Shown one piece after another: positions 58,765 through 64,000 of a DNA stretch of 64,000 bases. Source of the stretch: an uncultured Ignavibacteria bacterium (GTDB lineage: Bacteria; Bacteroidota; Ignavibacteria; SZUA-365). Numbering within the stretch: position 1 is the stretch's first letter; each line of letters starts with the position of its first letter. Made by a program: the position numbers and the translations under genes. The notes under the pieces are model-generated. The model was given only the letters and a program-made list of their open reading frames with translations, had not been told where the DNA came from and ran no database searches. The stretch is from positions 304,694-368,693 of the forward strand of contig CAJXVM010000001.1 in assembly GCA_913061095.1 (NCBI GenBank), read 5' to 3'.

Positions 58765-59877
58765 TCAGAGATTTCCGCGGCGTTCCTGTTCGCGTTCGAT
58801 GGATACGAACAGCGCCTTGAAATTCCCCTTGCCGAAACTCTCCGCGCCCTTGCGCTGAATTACTTCGATGAACAGCGTCGGACGGTCTTCAACCGGCTTG
58901 GTGAAGATCTGCAGCATGTATCCCTTGTCGTCACGGTCAACCAGGATGTTCAGGCGGCGCAACGGTTCAATATCCTCGTCGATCGGCCCCACACGGTCGA
59001 GCAGATCGTCATAGTACGATTCGGGGATGTCAAGAAACTCGACGCCCTGTTCGCGCATTTTCGAGATCGTCTCGATGATGTTGTCTGTCTCGATCGCGAT
59101 ATGCTGTACGCCCGGACCGTTGTGATAGATGATGTATTCTTCGATCTGCGATTTTTTCAGCCCCCTGGCGGGCTCGTTGATCGGGAATTTGATCCACTTG
59201 TTGTGGTTGGAAACCACGGTCGACCGCAGGGCGGAAAATTCCGTGGAAATATCCTTGTCGTCGAAAGACACAAAGCGTGAGAATCCGAAGACATTGATAT
59301 AGAAATCGACCCATTCCTGCATCTGGTCCCAGTCGACGTTGCCGACGATGTGATCGATATGCTTGAGTCCGACCGGCCGGGCGATGCTGTCTTCCGGCAT
59401 CGGCATGAATCCCGGCAGGAAGGGGCCGTCGTAGTCGATGCGTTCGATGAACGTGTGCACCGTATCGCCGTACGTGGCGACGGTGGCGACCTTGACGCTG
59501 CCATGCTCGTCATTGATGACATGCGGCTCCTGCACCGGACGCGCTCCGCGTTCCACGGTGGTCTTGAAACAGAATTCCGCATCGGATGTTTCGAGCGCGA
59601 TATCGCGGACGCTGTCGCCGTGCTTGCTCAGAAACGGAATGATACCGTCTTCCTGCAGCGGCGTGGTAAGAACAAAGCGCACCTTGTCCTGCTGCAGCAC
59701 ATAGGAAACTCTGTCACGAACGCCTGTTTCGGGTCCGAGATAGGCAACCAGCGAAAAGCCGAAGGCCTGCCGGTAATAATACGCAGACTGCTTGGCGTTG
59801 CCGCTGAATATCTCCACGTGGTTGACTGCGCGCAGCGGAAGGAGATCCTCGGCGAGTTCCTTGCTTTCTACCTGCAT
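58765..59877 (-). CDS. hppD: 4-hydroxyphenylpyruvate dioxygenase
   Basis: IDHIVGN, FPINEP, GVQHIA, LQIFTKP, FIEVIQR, FGKGNFKALF. Confidence 0.97.
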   Translation of the reverse strand: MQVESKELAEDLLPLRAVNHVEIFSGNAKQSAYYYRQAFGFSLVAYLGPETGVRDRVSYVLQQDKVRFVLTTPLQEDGIIPFLSKHGDSVRDIALETSDAEFCFKTTVERGARPVQEPHVINDEHGSVKVATVATYGDTVHTFIERIDYDGPFLPGFMPMPEDSIARPVGLKHIDHIVGNVDWDQMQEWVDFYINVFGFSRFVSFDDKDISTEFSALRSTVVSNHNKWIKFPINEPARGLKKSQIEEYIIYHNGPGVQHIAIETDNIIETISKMREQGVEFLDIPESYYDDLLDRVGPIDEDIEPLRRLNILVDRDDKGYMLQIFTKPVEDRPTLFIEVIQRKGAESFGKGNFKALFVSIEREQERRGNL

Positions 59878-60316
59878 TCTGACTCCAATCTATCTGTTGA
59901 ATGATGTATCAGGGAAATGTGCGACCACGAACCGAGAGGCATTCCGCACCGGACGATGCCATGAAAGCCGCGGTCAGGGACAGATACGAAGATGTATCCG
60001 ACGTGTTATAAAAGATAACAAAACGGAAACAAATTCAACATGCCGGGCGGGGCAGAAACGCATGGGGAGGGATGAAAAGCATCCCGCCCCCGGCCATTTG
60101 GTGATTCGCGCGGTTATATGCGGCCGGGGACGGGATTTATAAAGAAAAGAGGACGACAGCAGTGAATGCTACACGAAACATTGTCCGAGGAGAGCGAGAC
60201 AGTGCTTCGCTCGCACCCACCATCCTCTTTTCACACAGAAATGTCAGAGTACTCCATGTTCTTCGATTGTGAGGCACGCACCGGGCGGCGTTTCCGTTTC
60301 CGCCTGAGCGGGATGC

Positions 60317-60715
60317 TCATGCGTGATCATGCGCTCCGGATTTCCTGTATCTGTGCCGATACGCATGATGCTGCACGGTCTGGATCAGGTCTTCAAGCCC
60401 GGTGGTCTTGTCAATAAACTTCCTGACGCCAGTATCTTCGTAGCGCGTGATATCCTGATGGGTCATGAGCGCAGAGAAAAGGATCACCTCTGTCGCCGGA
60501 GAATACCGGAGGACATTCCGTGCAATGTCGTGGCCGGTCCCGTTCGGGAAATGATGATCCAGGATGAGGAGATCCGGCTGCAGTTCGATCAGCGCAAGAA
60601 TCGCCTCCTCTTTCTGACTGCGATAGTTCACGACCGTCACATCTGGAAGACAGCGCAGGAGGCGCTTGAGGCGCGTTCCTACAACAGCTTCATCATCAAT
60701 GATGAGGATTTTCAT
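60317..60715 (-). CDS. Stand-alone response-regulator receiver protein
   Basis: KILIIDD, PDLLILD, S, FIDK; no output domain. Confidence 0.75.
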   Translation of the reverse strand: MKILIIDDEAVVGTRLKRLLRCLPDVTVVNYRSQKEEAILALIELQPDLLILDHHFPNGTGHDIARNVLRYSPATEVILFSALMTHQDITRYEDTGVRKFIDKTTGLEDLIQTVQHHAYRHRYRKSGAHDHA

Positions 60716-60876
60716 TGGCGTGCGACGGATGACAGCGTACTCATGCATGTAACATACGATTCACGGCATCCGCGGTGTGTCATCCCGGAAGGAAGATTAC
60801 GAGGTTGAATGCAGGGAATGCGCGTCAGCTTCGAGGAAGAAAGGTGTATGATTTTCCAGTACAGAAGCCTGGCAGA

Positions 60877-61518
60877 TCAGGAGGGATTATCGAGCAGATC
60901 ATGATCAACTGCGTAGCGAACAATATCCGCAGTCGTTCGCAGCTGAAGCTTTTCCAGGATGCGTGCGCGGTACGTACTGACCGTGCGGGCACTGATCGCG
61001 AGCTTCTCCCCGATGGCCTGGTTTTTCTGTCCGTCGGCAATAAGCATCATCACCTGGAATTCCCTGTCGGAGAGCTGATTGTGCAAATGCTCCGTGGAAG
61101 AATGCTCGACTGCGAACAGAAGATGATCAGCGACGGATGGGGTGATATACCGCCCCCCGCCAAAAATGCGCCGCACTGCATCGACCAGCTCATCCGGAGC
61201 AGCGTCCTTTCTGAGATAGCCGGAAGCGCCGGCACGCAGAGACCGCACCGCGAGGACCTGTTCGGGATGCATTGTCAGCACGAGGATACCTGTATCCGGC
61301 GCGCAGGATTTCAGATCGTGAATGATGTCCAGACCGCTGCGATCAGGCAGCGAGATATCGAGAAGCAGTACATCGGGAGGATCCTTCCGAACAAGGTCCA
61401 GCGCCTCCGTGGCGGATCCTGCTTCACCGGAAATCGCCATATCAGATTCCAGCGCAAGAATCTTCTTGAGTCCCTCTCGCACAATGGTGTGGTCATCGAC
61501 CAGCACAACCCGGATCAT
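60877..61518 (-). CDS. NarL/LuxR-type response regulator
   Basis: VLVDDH, DISLP, LTMH, LSDREFQV, TVSTYRARILEKL. Confidence 0.93.
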   Translation of the reverse strand: MIRVVLVDDHTIVREGLKKILALESDMAISGEAGSATEALDLVRKDPPDVLLLDISLPDRSGLDIIHDLKSCAPDTGILVLTMHPEQVLAVRSLRAGASGYLRKDAAPDELVDAVRRIFGGGRYITPSVADHLLFAVEHSSTEHLHNQLSDREFQVMMLIADGQKNQAIGEKLAISARTVSTYRARILEKLQLRTTADIVRYAVDHDLLDNPS

Positions 61519-61755
61519 TTCTCTCCTCAGGCCGACAGATACCGTCGACGCCGTTGATCTATGATGAAGAATACGGGAAAGCAAGCGTCAGTAACGTCTG
61601 CGATGTCCGAGGGTGATATCAGGCGAATGGACAGTGATCATCACAATGCGGGAGCAGCGACGTTACCTGGGCATCATTATACAAAGACCACAGTGTATAG
61701 TCAACACGATTGCGCTCCCGGCCGCATGCTGCCATATCCGTTCATCGTCCGGGAT

Positions 61756-63828
61756 TCAGTTCGGCACATCGACGATGATTCTGGTGCCGCCGCCTTCCAC
61801 GCTGTGGATGGTACACGTTCCGCCGAGCGACTCGGCGCGTTCACGCATGCTGCTGAGCCCGATTCCACCATTCACACCGGGCGCCTGTGCGGGAATGCCC
61901 CGCCCGTCGTCGGCAATTTCAAGGCGCAGCCGGGGGCCTTCGGCCCGCAGTCGCAGCCAGATGGTCCGTGCGCCGGCATGACGGACCGTATTCGTGAGCG
62001 CCTCCTGAACAATGCGGTACAGCGCAAGAGAACTGCGATTGCTGGGCATGGTCTGCAGGTCTTCGATTTCTTCATGAAGTGTCAGTCCGCTTCGCTCAGA
62101 CATGTCGCGGACATACTGCCGGAGAGCATCCGGCAGGCCCAGCTGGTCCAGCATTCCGGGCCGCATCTCCCAGGCGATCTGACGCACCTGGTCAATGGTC
62201 TGCCGCAGCAGCGAATTCATTGATTCAATCGCTTCTCCCACCTCTCGCAAATCACACTCCGTCCATTCCCTGTCGTCATTGTCTCGCATGACGCCTGTTC
62301 GCAGGATGCGCTGCAGCAGGGTCAGATCGATTTTCAGGGCGGTCAGTGACTGCCCGAGCCCGTCATGGATTTCACGCGAGAGATGCAGCCGTTCCTCCTC
62401 GCGTACTTCGTCGAGTCGCTCGGCGAGGGCACGCAGACGCTCGCGGCTGTCGGCGATTTCCCGTTCCGCCTGTTTGCGCTCTGTAATGTCGCGCCAGAAA
62501 CAGAGCAGCATGGGCTGTTCACTGATGTCAACCCTGCTGAGACTGACTTCGATGACCGCCTGCTCACCACTGCGGCGCAGGTGAATCCAGTCGAAAACGT
62601 TTCGTGTACCGACAGCGCTGGCCCGCATGAGACTGCGCGCCTTTGCCTCGGACGGCACGCCGTCCGGCTGCGTCGGCGGAGAAATATCCGCCGGATGCTT
62701 CCCGATGATGTCCTGCGGTTCGTACCGCAGCATCCGTGCTGCACTCTGATTGCAGGAAACAAAAACGCCGTCTTTAATGAGCAGAATTCCGTCGTTTGCG
62801 CGTTCAATGAGAATTCGATACCGTTCCTCGCTGGCGCGCAGTGCTTCCTCCGCGCGCACACGTTCGGTCATGTCAAAACCGACGGCCTGGAAGCGCACGA
62901 TCTTCCCGTCATCATCGAAAAATGCGCGGTCGGTCCACTGATGAATCACCTCCTTCCCCCTCAGCTGAACGCTGTGCGAATAGGTATAGGAAGGATACGA
63001 CGGTGTAAGCGACATGTACGTCTTTCGCACTTCCGCGGCAGCTTCCTCAGAGAGGAAGTCGAGAAAGCGCTTTCCGATGAGTTCCCCCGGCGTCGTGCTG
63101 AAGTACTCCGCATATGCGCGGTTCACATAGGTCAGGGTACTGTCGGTGGTGAACTCGCAAACGAGTGCCGGGAGATCTTCCATCAGTGCGCGGTACCGTT
63201 CCTCGCTCCGCCGCAGTGAATCGACAGCGTGCTCGAGTTCGGTGACATCCTGAACCATGGAGATGAGATGATCGAATGTCCCGTGATCATCGAAGATGGG
63301 CGTATTGAGCCATTCGCAGACGATCGTGCGGCCGCTCTTTGTCAGATTCACGTTCTTCCCGTGCGGCTCCGGATTGCCTTCCATCCAGCTCCTCCGGATA
63401 TCCTCCACGAAGGCGTTCGATGATTCCGGGATGATGCTTCCATACGGACTTTTCCCCTTCAGTTCGTCACTGCTGAAGCCGAACATTTTTTCGGCGGCAG
63501 GATTCAGGTACTGAAAACGGAATTCGCGGTCGGTGACGATGTAGCCGATGGGCATGCGGTCGATGTGCATGCGCAGCTGCGAGAGCACCTCCTCCCGCTC
63601 CCTGTGCCGTCTGCGGTACGCGGAGAACTGTCGCCGCAGGAACAGCAGCAGAAGCAGTGCGGTGAATGACACGAACACCCATCCCTTGATCATGCTCAGT
63701 GTCTGCAGCGACACGTACGGAGCAAGGTAGTCGAACAGCAGCATGTCCGAAAAGAGAATCCAGATCGTGCTGATGGCAAAATACGTGAGCGGAATGGTCC
63801 ACTCTGGTTTCCGTTGGAATCGCGACAT
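61756..63828 (-). CDS. Membrane sensor histidine kinase, 2 TM + 3 PAS + HisKA_3
   Basis: EERLHLSREIHDGLGQ, QEALTNTVRHA, DDGRG, GIGL..MRER. Confidence 0.93.
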   Translation of the reverse strand: MSRFQRKPEWTIPLTYFAISTIWILFSDMLLFDYLAPYVSLQTLSMIKGWVFVSFTALLLLLFLRRQFSAYRRRHREREEVLSQLRMHIDRMPIGYIVTDREFRFQYLNPAAEKMFGFSSDELKGKSPYGSIIPESSNAFVEDIRRSWMEGNPEPHGKNVNLTKSGRTIVCEWLNTPIFDDHGTFDHLISMVQDVTELEHAVDSLRRSEERYRALMEDLPALVCEFTTDSTLTYVNRAYAEYFSTTPGELIGKRFLDFLSEEAAAEVRKTYMSLTPSYPSYTYSHSVQLRGKEVIHQWTDRAFFDDDGKIVRFQAVGFDMTERVRAEEALRASEERYRILIERANDGILLIKDGVFVSCNQSAARMLRYEPQDIIGKHPADISPPTQPDGVPSEAKARSLMRASAVGTRNVFDWIHLRRSGEQAVIEVSLSRVDISEQPMLLCFWRDITERKQAEREIADSRERLRALAERLDEVREEERLHLSREIHDGLGQSLTALKIDLTLLQRILRTGVMRDNDDREWTECDLREVGEAIESMNSLLRQTIDQVRQIAWEMRPGMLDQLGLPDALRQYVRDMSERSGLTLHEEIEDLQTMPSNRSSLALYRIVQEALTNTVRHAGARTIWLRLRAEGPRLRLEIADDGRGIPAQAPGVNGGIGLSSMRERAESLGGTCTIHSVEGGGTRIIVDVPN

Positions 63829-64000
63829 GCGTCAGGCCTTTGGCGGATTAAAATCGAACGGTGGCCGGATTCGACATTGGTGTGAATACCCGTAAGATAC
63901 GATGATCAAGGTATTCCGCAATGGTACGCGCGAACGCACGCGGATCACCGGCGCGCGTGCCTGACGACGAGTTTCCCGAATGCCGTTCGACCGGCGGCCT

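Noticed and set aside
1-64000. CRISPR arrays, tRNA/rRNA, IS/integrase, prophage or defence genes
   Set aside because: No regularly spaced direct repeats, cloverleaf motifs or corresponding protein motifs were seen by eye.

Overview
GC-rich (about 60% by eye) chromosomal segment. It most likely comes from an FCB-group bacterium of the Ignavibacteria/Chlorobi-related side of Bacteroidota sensu lato. This is inferred from a T9SS-type C-terminal-domain protein, DUF4835/PorD, a SusD-less TonB receptor and sigma70-like TTGnnn-N16-18-TAnnTT promoters. About 54 genes are visible, mostly housekeeping and envelope functions: mdh, mnmA, cysE-cysK, serS, hppD, mlaEFD, an RND efflux operon with TetR, LonC-like protease, DPP-IV, amidase, LPS glycosyltransferases and a two-component system. 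I saw no rRNA, tRNA, CRISPR array, transposase or phage genes. The most interesting items are: (1) an ECF sigma factor plus an anti-sigma predicted to span both membranes (anti-sigma domain, TM helix, about 210-aa disordered tether, C-terminal beta-barrel), followed by a propeller lipoprotein; (2) a translationally coupled four-gene cstA / membrane protein / small helical protein / Cys-poor ArsA-Get3 ATPase operon; (3) a TonB receptor paired with a >1000-aa T9SS-type cargo protein behind a long structured leader; (4) hpnCDE squalene genes near carotenoid-type acyl- and glycosyltransferases; (5) a bacterial Rsm22/METTL17 homolog with candidate Fe-S ligands; (6) an 8-bp-periodic degenerate inverted repeat and a possible Cys-sensing leader around cysE-cysK. 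All family assignments come from motif recognition by eye; no database searches were run.
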